From assembly GCA_030704615.1 (NCBI GenBank), contig CM060733.1, positions 72,106,001-72,170,000 on the forward strand: a DNA stretch of 64,000 nucleotides, read 5' to 3'. Positions 22,633 through 35,714 of the stretch are shown here, piece by piece. The position numbers and the translations under genes are program-made. The stretch is from Takakia lepidozioides (lineage: Eukaryota; Plantae; Bryophyta). The notes beneath the pieces are model-generated. The model was not told the origin of the DNA. It was given only the letters and a program-made list of their open reading frames with translations, and did no database searches. The first letter of the stretch is position 1. The number at the start of each line of letters is the position of its first letter.

Positions 22633-25600
22633 GTGATGCAGGAAACGCAAAGTCAAATTCCATGGCGACGATCTCAGGATGAGAGGAATCAAGGGTCCAA
22701 TCAAGCATCAACATCCACACAACCTCTTCCACAAGCAGGGACTTCCTCTGGTCTAGTCACGCATAAGTTACCATCGCAACCTAATGTGAATTGGATACAC
22801 GCCGAACTGTCAAGCATGCCAAAAGAGGAGAAACGTGAAGAGAACATATGTGTGGTGATGACTCGCCAACAACGAGAGATGCTGGTACGAGCGCCGGAAG
22901 GAGTAATTCCAGAGGTTACACCTACTTCATCTTCGGACAAAGAACTAATGGATTTTCAAGTTATGAAGGATGATGTGTCAAAAATTGCTACTACTCTTCA
23001 CAATGAGAATGAAGCCAGTATCAGGAAGGGAAAATCTGTGGTATTTGAAGGGAGTGACTCTCCGGGTAAGGTGTCCACTCCGTTGCCGTCACTAGTGATG
23101 CGACCGAAAGTGTCAGTAGTCAAAATAGCTAACACTACAGCGAAACGTCCTCGAATTCTGAAAAGGAAGTCTACCACCATGCGATTTACCGATGAGCTTG
23201 AGCCCTATAACTTGATGCATGACCTGCGTCAAGTGCATGCCAACATTTCAGTAGCTCAGCTTGTTGCTCTTGCCCCTACAGTCAGACAAGCCCTGAAGGC
23301 TTCATTGGTCAGGAAAAGAAGAGAGAATTTCCCAGTATCGCATCATGTCAATGCAAGAATAGACCCTGGACCAATAGAGATTGAAGTGGAGATTGTAGAC
23401 TGTTTTATTCAACATTGCTTGGTAGATGGTGGAAGCTCGGTGAACATCATGCCCCTCTCCACAATAGAGAAACTAGGCTTATACATGACTAGTAAATCCC
23501 CATTGATTATCCGATTGGCAGATCAGCGAAGAATCAGGCCAGTGGGTCAAATTTCCAATCTTCAGATGCAATCTGGGGGTTCTGCATACACAATGGACTT
23601 CCAAGAGACTCGTATGCATTACTGTTGGGCAGACCATGGTTGGTTCAGGCTCAAGCATGTACAGACTGGGCTAAGGGAACCATCACTTATGGGGTCAAAC
23701 CCAATAGTGTGACAATGTCATTCCTCTCATCTGTACCCAAGGTCTTAACCGATGAAGATGAATTCGGTGCAATAGGATCAGATGAGGAGTCGGAAGATTT
23801 GAGTGAGGAAGATCTTCATACTGAAGAAGAACCTGAAGTGCAAATCAACAGAGTGATAACTACGCCTTGGGTACCTAAAAGACCCAAGATGATTGATGAG
23901 GGGAAGAACTTGTTGGGGGATGTGTTCAAGTCATGAGGCCTAGGGTTGTATGAGTGTAACTCTGATTCCAATTGTCTTGAGTGGTTATATAGTAGGGAAG
24001 AAACCGTGAATATGATTCATGTGGAAGGAAAGACCATTACAGGTATGGAACTACCATTTTCAGAGAGAGGGATTTTGGTAGAGTTGTTCACAATCAACTC
24101 TGACCGAGTTAGCATGGATAATAGCACTCTCCCTCAAGATGAAAACCATGAGATCCTTGATCTCAGATCGAAGACGAATTAGTACATGACGTGTTGAGAC
24201 ATAGTGCTCCGTCCATTCCCCATCTACAATGGACAAATACTCATGCACTGTCAGAACAAATCACGGAGTCAAAATTCATTTCTGAACCTAAGACTCAGAC
24301 AATAGACATGTCAGTAGGAGATGAACCTCCAAGAATGGTAAAGGTAGGAGCTCGGTTGACTCCACAGCAGGTCCTAGAGTACCAGGTTTTATTCAAAGAA
24401 TTCCGTGATGTTTTTGCATGGTCTTATACTGAACTGAAGGGGATTCCTCTGTACATTGCTATTCACGCAATTCCTTTAGTTCCGTAGGCACGTCTGCGAA
24501 GACAGCGGGAGAGAAGGATCAATCCAAATTTGGCTTTGCTAATCAAAACGTAAATTGAGAAATTATTAGCTGCTGGTTTTATCTTTCCTGTTGAAACTTT
24601 AGAATGGGTTTCGCCAATGGTGATTGTAAGAAAGAAAACTGGAGGCTTGGGGGTCTGTGTGGACTTCCGTCCTCTGAATTATGTCACTCACAAAGATCAT
24701 TTTCTGTTATCCTTTCTTGACTCCTTAGAGGAAGTGGCAAGGAAAGAAATATATTCTTTCATGGATGGGTTTTCAGGATACAACCAAGTGTTTATTGATC
24801 CAAAAGATGTAATGAAGACGACTTTCACTTCTCCATGGGGCACTTTTACTTATACACGCATGCCATTCGGTCTATGCAACGCACCCCTGACCTTTCAAAG
24901 GGTGATGACCTATGCATTTTCCGATATTGTTCGAAGGAACATGGCTATCTTCTTAGATGATTTTTGTTGCCATGGAGAAATCCACAGTCACATCACCGCA
25001 CTTCGAGAATGCTTTCTCAAATGCAGGGAGACTGGTATTTCCTTGAACCCAATGAAATGTGGTTTTGTTGTTACCCATGGACTCTTGTTAGGCCATATTG
25101 TGTCCAAACATGGAATTGCTACTGACCCATCCAAGGTCAAGGCTATTGCTCAACTTTTACCACCGGAAACAGTGTCAAAGGTCAGGAGTTTCTTAGGCCA
25201 CGTAGGGTGGTAAAGAAGATTCATGGGAAACTATGCCTCAGAGGCCATCCCCTTGACCCGCTTATTAAGAAAGAACCAAGTTTTCTTATGGGATACAAGA
25301 TGCTAGCAAGCCTTTGAGAGCCTGAAGCATAAACTAATCTCAGCACCAGTTTTGGTAGCACCAGTCTGGGACAGACCCTTTCATGTGTATGTTGATGCTT
25401 CAGCAGTTGCGGTTGGATGTGCTTTGTGTTAACCTGATTCAGAAGGTCATGATCATCCCATTGCTTTTGCCAGCCGTCAGCTTACATATGCAGAGTCAAA
25501 CTATAGTACAACTGAAAGAGAGGCATTGGCCATGATTTTTGCAGTACAAAAATATCGTCATTACCTCTTGGAGACACCATTCACCTTCTTTGTGGATCAC

Positions 25601-27058
25601 ATGGCATTGCGCTATTTGATTAACAAACCAGATCTTACAGGTCGCATTGCTAGATGGTTGATTCTGTTGCAAGAGTTTGACTACAAAGTGGTGTATAAAC
25701 CCGGAAGACTAAACGCCCAAGCAGATCATCTCTCCAGACTCTCTAAAGAGTTAGGGGATGAACCTATCAATGATGACTTTCCCGACGCATTCTTGTTCGC
25801 TATAGACACTGTTCCAGCATGGTATGAACCCATAGCACAGTACCCTGGAATTCCCAGAGGGCTTGAACCATCATGAGAGACGAAAGATCAAGGTCCAGGG
25901 TATGAAATTTGTCCTATTGGGAGGACAGTTATATCGGAGAAGACTAGAGGGACTTTTGAGGAGATGTGTCACTATGGAAGAAGTTCCTAAGATATTGGAG
26001 GCTGCTCATGATAGTCTCTGCGGTGGTCACTTTGCGGGAAGGCTCACTGCTCAAAAGGCTTTACGATCAGGATACTACTGGCCTTCTATGTTCAAAGATG
26101 CTCATATGCATGTTCGTCGTTGTGACGCTTGTCGAGGTTTGCACGCAAGGACAATAGGCTAGGCATGCCATTGGTTCCAACGCTACCACTTGCTCCGTTT
26201 GAGAAGTGGGGGATTGATTTCATTGGAGAAATCCATCCAGCGTCTAGCAAACAGAACAGATATATCATTCTTGCAACTGAGTATCTGACAAAGTGGGCCG
26301 AAGCCAAAGCAGTTAGGAAAGCAAATGCTCAAACTATTGCGGCTTTTATCTTTGAGTATATCCTTTCTCGATTTGGTTGTCCTCGTGAGTTGGTCAGTGA
26401 TAGAGGATCGCATTTTCTCAATGAGGTCATTGAGGACATGATGGCCACATTCTCTATCAAACACCGGAAAGCGACCCCCTATCATCCTCAGACGAGCGGT
26501 CAGGTGGAAAGGGCCAATCAGACCTTATGTAACATTTTGGCCAAGACCATAGAAGCCAACAAGAGAGACTGGGATACCAAGCTCATCTCAGCTTTGTGGG
26601 CATTCCGCACCACACACAAAGTTACAACCAAGAACACTCCCTTTTCATTGGTCTATGGGGTAGAATCCATCATGCCAATTGAAACGGAAATCCCATCCCT
26701 GCGAATGGCCATCGATGAGAGACTCTCAGAGTCTAAGTCCCTAAGGGAGCGACTTGAGTTTTTGGACGCTCTGGATGAAACTAGGCAATTCGTAGCTCAG
26801 AACATTGAGTCTGTGCAGCGGCAACGCAAGACCCGCTTTGATAAGAGGAGGAAGAAACGTACTTTCAAGGAAGGAGATTTGGTAATGGTGTTTGACAGCA
26901 GGAATAAAAACTTCAAAGCGAAATTCGACTCTTTGTGGATGGGTCCGTATGTGGTACATGAAGTCTTCGACAATGGTTCTTTGCAGCTGGAGACCTTGAG
27001 GGGGGAGTGGTTTCCAAACAGAGTAAATGGAATACGTTGCAAGCATTATAATGTGTGA
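22633..27058 (+). mobile_element. Ty3/Gypsy LTR retrotransposon pol (PR-RT-RH-INT), decayed, non-chromovirus type
   Basis: Protease LVDGGSSVNIM; RT MDGFSGYNQ, MPFGLCNAP, FLDD; RNase H YVDASA, NYSTTEREAL; integrase HHCC, WGIDF, SDRGSHF, GQVERAN, ending RVNGIRCKHY. Several stops and frameshifts. No chromodomain seen. Confidence 0.96.
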
Positions 27059-27747
27059 CCAGTTCCAGAGTAAGCATAGGTATGTCTTGCCCTAATCTTT
27101 TCTAGTCAAGAGTGGAGCTTGAATGGAAGCAAGGCAGTGGAGTTTCACTTTCGGTTTGATGCTGGACGAAACAGAAATGACGGTGGGGTATGTTACCGAT
27201 CATCATCAGTTCAAATTTTAGAAAGGGTAACGACGATATTCTCTCTACCCTGGTATCTCTTTAAATTGGTTGTCCGTTCATTCTTAACAATGTACAAAGT
27301 GAAAATTAATCTTCTGCAGGGTTTGAAAACGACGTCAGTGTTTGCATCCATATGTCACCTGCATTATTGCCGATCATTTTGTAAAAAATGCATGCCCACT
27401 GAGGTGCTTCAATTCCAAATCATATCTCATGTGCGTATATAGTGTTTGCTGCAACAAACACTCTGCTAGTATACCGATGTTCCCTGCATGGAACAGTGCG
27501 TCTTCCTGACGTGGATCTCTAACCTTGTACCCTTCCTTCCAATCTATTGTCAATATCTCTACCCCGCTGCAGTATTCCTCATAGAGAGAGAGAAATCACA
27601 AAGGTAGTGAGGGGGTAAAAGGAGAGATTGTAGAGCGGTGGTTGCTGCTCCCCTTATCTGAGTGAATGATGTCAAGCACAGGAAAACCCACAAGGTCCTG
27701 TGACCTCTTTTCTAGTAGTTAGGTAAAAATGGTGTGTCAAACCAGAG

Positions 27748-28300
27748 TGTGGTCCTCTAAGGTGCAGAAAGTATCCAATCATTTTCAGTCAAGAATTTCA
27801 CCATGAACTCTGCGAAATCCATGAGAGGTCCCTGCGAGTCATGTTTTAGAAACAGATGGTACGTCTTTTATTTCTGGTGTAGGGTCCTCCGAAGTTCAAA
27901 AGTATCCAATCATTTTCATTGCTATTTGCTCTGGCCGGGTTCGAGTCAAGATCCTCTCTTAGAAATAGAACTGCTGTTCGAATCGATGTCCTTTTTAGAA
28001 ATAGCCAGAGTATGGTCCTCTGCGGTACAGAAAGTATCCAATCATTTCCCAATGATATACGAGCATAGGCTCAAAGTATTTACAAGACCGTAGTAGAATT
28101 GAAAACCAATCTGACACATCATATCTAGGGGATTCAAGCCCAATCCAGTGGGGGAGAATGGATGGGTTTGAAATGTTTTTTATCTGGGACTCAAACTCTC
28201 TCTGAAGAGGGAGAGGGGATGGTTTTACAAATTTATTATCTGGATTTTTGCTCAGGGAACTCAAACTCTCTCTGTAGAGGGCAAGTGTATGGTTTTTAGA
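27748..28300 (+). repeat. Degenerate tandem repeats in the Gypsy 3' internal region
   Basis: ggtcctc…aaagtatccaatcattt recurs at about 27750, 27880 and 28010 (about 131-bp period); actcaaactctctctg twice at about 28190 and 28260. Confidence 0.75.
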
Positions 28301-28463
28301 CTTTGTGATATGTTTCTCTTTCTTTGATAAAAAGTCTTACGTCAAAACAATGTACATTTGTACAGCCCCTACGTCATGTCAATGATAGATGTTCAATTTT
28401 GCAATGTGCAACCAAAGATTTTGGGTTCTTTCACACTCGGAGCGAGTATTCCTCATTGGCCGC

Positions 28464-31400
28464 TGTTAGAGGGTTGTCTGGGACTTAGACAGTTTTACGG
28501 GTTCTGTGGGGTACCCTTAATTTTTTCACAGACTTATGGATGGTAGACTTAGACCATCACAGGCCTTAGGGGTGGTAGACAGGCTTACACAGTCAGTCAT
28601 AGATTTATATAGTTAGACACAGCTTGACACAGTTAGTCGCAGTCTGACACAGCCTTACACAGCCTATCACAGTTTATCACAGTCTATCACAGCCTGACAC
28701 AGCCCGACACAGTTAGTCACAGCCCGGCACAGTCCGACACAGCCAGTCACAGCCGACACAGTTGGGCACAGCCCGTCACAGCATTCGCAGGGAACGACTG
28801 TGTGGGAACGACATCGGCAGCGGGAACATGTATTTTATCTGGATGACAGTTAGTTAGTTAGGCAGTTATAACAGCTTGCAGGTAGAAAAGGCAGAGTAGC
28901 AATGGAGGGAGGACACTTCTGGGATCACGACTTGGCCATCGGGAAAGGAAGGACGATCTGGAGCTAAGGAATGGAGAGCGCAGTGAAAGAGGAGTCGCGA
29001 ACTGTTGATGCTTGAATCATGCAAGCCGTAGAGTTATACTGTAGAGCAGACTAGGGACACCATGGCTTCGGCCTGACATTTGATAGATCATAATCTGATA
29101 CATATTCCATACTCACACTGTGTAGAGAGACCTGAGTGAAGTTGTGGAATGAAGGGATGAGTGATTGGAACATGGTAGATTGCTGAAGCAATCTAAATAT
29201 AAACAGTAAGGTAATTCGCTGACATGAAGGCAAGAAAGAATACAAACAAGAAACACTTCCATGATACACTAGTTGTAGGTCATGACTGATTGTTCTGAGC
29301 GGGCTGAATGCTTAGAGATATCCAACTCTTCTATCTTGGAGTTCCCACCTCGGATAGTGAAGGGATGGGTGAGTAAGAGCCGCTCGACATTTGGCGACCA
29401 TACTGGGGAACTGGGTCAAGAACAACCAGATGTGACAGACATCTGGTGGGATCATGGTGATTGGAGAATCAAAGAATTTGATGTGAATCAAATTCCCTGT
29501 GGAACTGAGAAAGAAAGATTGTCCAAACAATTCTTTCAGAGGTTCTTGGAATTGCCAGACAGTTGCAAAGAAAACATTCTTAAGAGAGTGCATGATGCTG
29601 ATCCTGAGTGGGGTTTGGAGAAAGGAGTGATAAATATTTATCAAGTGGCTTGTAGAGGGAGAGCAAGTTGGTTACCAACACTGGTTTATGTGATAGCGTT
29701 GCTATCCATTAAATGAGTGGAGTTTGAAGGCTGGGAGGAACGGAAAGTGAATGTTTACACTCATATGCATGAAGAACTGGTACTGGTAAAGAATTGGATT
29801 CCTAAGGATATCTTGTGGATCAAACTTACACCAAGAACAGCTTTCCAGACGTGCTTGCCATATGGCTATATGGTAACGGAGACTTCTAGTATAGCCAAGG
29901 GTGCATTAAAGCTTGAGAGAAATCCAGGTATATAGAGGTACTACAGAAGATAGTTTGTTATTGCTTCGTTAAAGATATGAAAGACATGGGACATGAGTGA
30001 TGAAAGAAAAACTAGACTTCACAGATATTCAGCAAAAAAAAAAAGTTATTTGAAAGCTAATTATCCATATCTTTGGGAGAGAGGAATAGACATAGGGGAA
30101 TCATCTGGACCTCTCACACCATTAACATCATAGAGTACATCAGCCATACCAAAGGAACCAGAGTTGGATGCCACATCTTCTTATTCTTTACAAGAAAGAT
30201 TACGGGATTTGATAGAGGAAGAAGATCAGCCACGAGGGGAGAGATCTGAGGTACATCCCTGGATTAAATATTTGACAGAAATCTTTGATCAGAGTTGGCA
30301 TGGGACACCAAAAGCAGGAACTCCAGTTTCTGAAGCACAAGACAAAGAAGGAGAGGAGGATGTGGTAGAGCCAACGGAGAGTTCAAACTCTCCGACACCA
30401 CTCCAGTTGAGTTATATAAGTGAGGAGGAGGAACACCAAGAGAAGAACTTGGAAGATGAAAACAGAGAGAAGAATTTGGAAGATGAAGAGTATGAAGAAG
30501 TAAACGCAAGAGCTGAGGTTGTTCATGGGCTGTGGATTATACTATGTTGTTTGTTTCATTGCACGTTATCACATTGAGCAGCAGAAGATGCAATCTAGAT
30601 TTCAGAGTTATTCCACTGGGGATCATTGGATCTTACCTTCAGTTCCACCCCATACGTATCTGTATGATGTGAAGGTCATGCTGCAGAAGGATCCCCAGCT
30701 TCGTTCTTAGTTCCATTTTGCTTTGGACAATTTGGCCAAGGAAAAATTTGGCTTTGACGATATTTTTTATAAATGACATGAAGCCTGGAAATACTTACAC
30801 TGGACAAGGTGCTTCGGGAGTATACTAATTTTGCTCGCAAGATATTGATGCAAGTTCTAAAATTTAAGCTTCCAGACATGGTGGGCAAACACTGTGTGTC
30901 ACGCAGGATTCCCGAGAAGCCCCATAAGATCAGAGCACCGAAAGGCAACATGGGGGACGATGATTCGGATACAACTGGTTCTATGGAGGAACCTTTTGAC
31001 ATGGTGGAGGACCATGCACTACAGATGGCAGAGAAGAAACGACGGGGATCTCCTATGCCAGAGAAGTTACCTCCTTATCAACCAAAGGAAAGACAGACAT
31101 TTCCATTTGGTGACCAGTCATCTCCACCAGCCAGTGACAGGGCTCGGGCTCGCACACAGAGCCCTCCACGGGACTCTCACCGACAGAAGGGTGCTCGTTC
31201 ACAAAGGTTTGCTGATCCTAAACATTAAATCGTGAGGACACGGCTTTTTGAGAGGGGGAGGGGTAATGTTAGAGGGCTGTCTGGGACTTAGACAGTTTTA
31301 CGGGTTCTGTGGGGTACCCTTAATTTTTGCACAGACTTATGGATAGTAGACTTAAACCAACACACGCCTTAGGGGTGGTAGACAGGCTTACACAGTCAGT

Positions 31401-31525
31401 CATAGACTTATACAGTTAGACACAGCTTGACATAACTAGTCGTAGTCTGACACAGCCTTACACAGCCTATCACAGTCTAACACAACCTATCACAGTCTAT
31501 GACAGCCTGACACAACTCGACACAG
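28464..31525 (+). mobile_element. Nested non-autonomous LTR retroelement: 5' LTR 28464-29389, PBS 29392-29409, PPT about 31250-31263, truncated 3' LTR 31267-about 31525
   Basis: TGTTAGAGGG… repeated at 28464 and 31267. 5' LTR ends …CTCGACA, followed by TGGCGACCATACTGGGGA (tRNA-Arg-like PBS). GAGAGGGGGAGGGG precedes the 3' LTR. No recognisable gag/pol motif inside. Confidence 0.9.
28610..28785 (+). repeat. About 10-bp CACAG-core minisatellite inside the LTR (also at 31420-31525)
   Basis: acacagcctt/atcacagttt/gacacagccc units. Confidence 0.85.
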
Positions 31526-32584
31526 AGGGATGTTCCTGCCAAGACGCTCCCGGGATGCGTCTCAATGGGCTGCTCCCATCACAGCGGAAAATGATTGGAT
31601 ACTCGAGGACCAGGCGGCGCTTTGTCTCTTCTCACAGGTGGGAGACAATGCTGTGAATGCATCGTCTCTTTCTCTCCTCTGGCTTTTAATTCTTGCAGCG
31701 GCGCTTGTGTTGGGAAGTATCTCTCTCTCCCTTCTCAAACCTAGCAAGTGTGCTTGTATGCTTCACTTCTCCTTTGCTTTGCTGGAGGTGGCTTGCTGGT
31801 GGTGATGCCGCACAGTTCTCTTCCCCAATCGCTCAAGGCGCTTTTGGTGATTAGGGTTTCTTTTGCTTTATGTCTTTCTCTCTTGCTTTTGAGGTTCTTA
31901 GTTGACATCGATGACAAGTGTAAGGGTCTGTGATTCACCTTGGGTTCCACAATCCTCACTAACCTGTTGGTTTTTGTGGGGGCTTGTGATGGGACCAGGT
32001 GAGGATCCCTACCTGCTTTGAATTCTCTTGAGCTTGCAGATAAGGATGTGGGCAACGGGAACCTAGTGTGTATGGCGTCTTTACTTGGCTGTTGCCTGCA
32101 GCCCCAATTTCGGCCCGCTTGCTCCCGGTTTGGCATGCTGATGCTTATTTTTTACTTATGTTTTGCTGCCTTTGATGGAGCACTTCGGCCTGACAGGCTT
32201 GTCTCTTGAAGCCCAGCATCTAGACCTTACCTTGTCTTGAATTTTGGACAACATTGCATGTGGATTATTAAGCTAGGTACTGTTTTGGCCTTAAAGATGA
32301 GTTATGGTTTATGGGTAAGGCATCAATGGCTGTTAGGTTCTAAGGAAGAAGAGGCCATGTTTTCAAAGATGGCAGCCTGATAAGACAGTGACAGGCCTCT
32401 TTCAGGCCTGGATTTGGTGTGGAATGGAGCATAGTGAGGTTTTATTTGCAAAACCTGGCATAAACCTCCTGGAAAACAGTGTTGGTAAGCTCTACTGGAC
32501 CTTTGCCAGAGATTATTTACCTTATTTTGCCATCAGACCAGACACCTGCAATGTATGATTTATTTTTTGGCCAAGTGGGCTTGG

Positions 32585-33270
32585 TCTCGGGCACTCAAAG
32601 TGTTTGTGTGTCCATGTCTTGAATCTGTAATATGGCAGGCCTTTCTTCCATGCCAAAATGCCTTACATAATGCATGTCTTGGGGCAATTACACATGGTGT
32701 AGAATGAAGTTGCAGTCTGTCTTTGTCATGCCCAAGAGGGTCACTTGGTTGCATGTTTACTTGGGTGTATGCCTGAAATGTAATTAATTGCAGGCTGGTC
32801 CTTCAAGGTACTTGTATGAACATATCCAGGATCTGTAGTAAGACAGGTTGTTCTTAGTACTTACCTACCCAAGGAGCCTCGCATGATGCATGTCTTGGGG
32901 TACTTACAGATGGCAAGGAGCGAAGCTACAATATGTTTTGTCATGCCCAAGAAGATTACTTGGTTGCATGTTTGAAATCTGGTAAATTGCAGGCTGGTCC
33001 TTCAAGGTGCTTGTATGTACATACCCTGAATCTGTAGTAGGGCAGGCTGTTCTTACCTACCCATGGAACCTTGCATGGTGCATGTCTTGGGTCACTTCAA
33101 GGTACCTGTGTATACATATCTTGGATTTGTAATGTGGCAAGTAGTTCTTATATGCCCATGATATCTTGCATGATGCATATCTTGTGGATAATTATGGATG
33201 ATATAATCTGAGGCTGCAATTTGACTTATATTGTGCAAGAGGGTCACTTGGGTACATGTCAGGAATCTGA
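32585..33270. repeat. Degenerate tandem repeat of about 200 bp (about 3 copies)
   Basis: Recurring gcatgtcttggg, ttgtcatgcccaaga and aattgcaggctggtccttcaaggt. Confidence 0.75.
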
Positions 33271-33519
33271 ACATGAATAAACCCTGCCCTCCCACCCTGT
33301 TTTATCATGACTGAACAGAGAGAGGGAGTATGAAAAAACAAAAAAGGTGGGGGGGGGGGGAGGGGGGGGGTGACTGAGCAGCAGACATAAACAGCCCATG
33401 ACATGGCACCATCTAACACTTCCAGTCTTGTCATAGTATATCAAGTGACCCCTCTCTCTCTCTCTGGAAATTGGGTTTATGGAATTGTTGTCCCAACTTC
33501 CATCCTTGAAAAAATTGAA

Positions 33520-34213
33520 AAATTGGGTTGCAAGGAATTTAGATGTTTTTCATCCAGAATCCATTCTTTTTTTCCCTAGTGAGACATTTCTTCATTAATA
33601 CCTGTGAGGTTCTGCTTCATCCGGACATCAACCCGGAACATATTGATTGCAAAACTCCCGTCTTTATTTTTTTCAATCCAACCTGGATGAGAAAAGGACT
33701 TCATCTGGCAAGACCTAAATACGAGACAAGACAGGTATAAATAAATAAATAAAACCCCGATGTTTTTCATTTAACCTAGATGAAAAACGGACTGCATCCG
33801 TCGAGTTCAAGGCAGGATGAACACACGATGTTTTTCATCTTCCGCGAATGAGAAACGGACAACGTCTGTCGGGCGTATGGGCTGGCGGATGTTTTTCATC
33901 CTAAGAAGGATGAATGACGAGCCGGACAGGGTGAAAGCACTGCGGGGGATTGCTAAACCGTGAGCAGATTCCGTGAGCAGAATTCTGCTCACAGATCTGC
34001 ATGTGCTCACCTATAACCGCGGACACCTATTCGGCCTAGAGGACCTATTACTGCGGGTTGTGTCAAGTATATCATGCATACGTCATTCATCGTTATGGAT
34101 GAACGATGGATGAACGATGGATGAATGGGGGATGAAAGGATGTTCGACGAATGGTACATGGATGAATGTAGTTTCTAGATGAATGCAAAACTAAGATGCA
34201 TTTTTCAGTAGTG
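33520..34213 (+). mobile_element. CACTA (EnSpm) transposon terminus with subterminal repeats
   Basis: Ends TTTTTCAGTAGTG (reverse complement CACTACTGAAAAA) at 34213. Dense GGATGAA/TTCATCC repeats. Perfect 20-bp palindrome GTGAGCAGAATTCTGCTCAC at 33973-33992. Matching left TIR not found. Confidence 0.7.
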
Positions 34214-34748
34214 GTTGCTAAATCCCCCTACCTCTAGAGTGAACTTCTGCCCACTGGTGAGGGTTGTGATTGTCCTTTCATCAACAATCAGAAGTCGACA
34301 TAGTTGCTGACACACATTTGCAAAGAAGGTGGAGAGGCCATTTGGTGCTTCAAAGGAAATTGTTTAATAACTAAAGATTCATTCCGACGAAGAATATTTT
34401 GTGCTACTGGAGTCGGCGTCCAAAACGAAGGCAGAACTGTCTATGAAGACACTAGCCCTGTTTTGCACAAAACCCTCTCTGTTTAAAAGCAAACCAGGGA
34501 GAGAAGAGAGGAGACTAAATTCCGAAGCTGCAGCCTCCGCATAACATGGCAATTTAAAATCTGCTTTCGGACTTCGGAAAAATTGCGGGTTTGCAAAGAA
34601 AGGGAGGAACCGTGGCGACCTTGGGCTCCTGTGCACACAAACAAACAATGTAAGTCCATATACATTCAGCTGGCCCAACTTGTGCACGAAAGATGGAAAT
34701 GGAAGGATGCGCCGTCGTGTCAGTGAATTGCCACAACTGAGCTAGCAC

Positions 34749-35714
34749 TTACTCACATGAGAAATCAGAATCAACATCAAGAGCATCGGGCTCTTGCAGA
34801 TCCGGCTCCACAACAATGTTATCAGTCTGGGTCGAATGCGATGAACCCCCAGACAGAGGTGCGATGACTTGAGAGTAGAGCTGCTCGTCCCCCTCCATCC
34901 CGAAAAAATGCCTGCCTACATACTTGCATGCATGGAAGGAAGCCCCTGCAACAGTGCAAATGGATCCACGAAACAAAGTAAGAAGCACAATCTGAAGGCA
35001 AAGAAGTGCACCCAAGAAATGGAGTTTGATTGGGCACCAACCTGTTCCCATGGACAGGTCCACCACTTTCCCACCATGCCGGCTGCATGTCTCAATCAAA
35101 GTCTGCATGAAAGCGGGTGACTTCTCCCGCCCTCTCCATGGAATGCCACCAATTTTTTTCAATGTCTGGGAGGAGTCAACATAGTTGTGGATAACATCAG
35201 ATTCCACAGGGTCGCATTCCGGGTCTATGTGAAGCCTCCCTTCCCAAACGTCGAAATGGCCAACATGAGCAGGAGTGGTGTCTGGCCGAATTCGAGCAAG
35301 ACAAATGGCCTTGAACACATGTGTCTGCAGCAACACCAATATTAGAAATGTTGTTAAGGGCAATTCCACGAAACAAGAACACACAAAAAAACCCAGGTGA
35401 GTACCTTCTGCCCGGGAAACTCTGCACTAGATAGTGGCAGGGTGTTGACACAGGTCCAAATTTTGCGGATTTTGAACCCCGAGGACTTCATGTAGCCGTG
35501 AAGCATCCGGCGGGATGCCATGTCCTCAACCTGGAAAATCAAAAACGACCCAGCGAGAAACGCACTTCGGGCAACATTCAGAAATCTTCAAACAAAAGTG
35601 TCATCCCGGAGGAGGAAGACGAAGAGGAGGAGGGAGATGGTGGAGCGTCAGACAGAAACTTGTTGCTGAAAGAGAAGGCCCACTGCCAATAAAGTGGATT
35701 ATGAGCATTCCAGG
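34749..35714 (-). pseudogene. 5'-truncated, intron-containing N4-cytosine/N6-adenine DNA methyltransferase-like gene (beta class)
   Basis: Exons about 35714-35594 (tentative, frameshifted in a CT-rich tract), 35530-35405, 35324-35042, 34945-34749. Spliced protein …GYMKSSGFKIRKIWTCVN…PWRGREKSPAFMQTLIETCSRHGGKVVDLSMGTGASFHACKYVGRHFFGMEGD resembles the N6_N4_Mtase C-terminus (KP.L…LI…GD.VLD.F.GSG.T..A….R..IG.E.D). Confidence 0.7.

Noticed and set aside
28610-28785. Short regularly spaced repeats (also the GGATGAA arrays at 16300-16410 and 34095-34185) as a CRISPR array
   Set aside because: No unique spacers, units are degenerate 7-11-mers, the context is eukaryotic LTR/CACTA, and there are no cas genes.
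28464-29389. This LTR as the 3' LTR of the 22633-27058 Gypsy element
   Set aside because: It lacks an upstream PPT and is followed by a PBS, so it is the 5' LTR of a separate nested element.
31530-32210. Overlapping short ORFs after the truncated LTR
   Set aside because: Low-complexity translations with no identifiable domain; probably TE debris that cannot be assigned.
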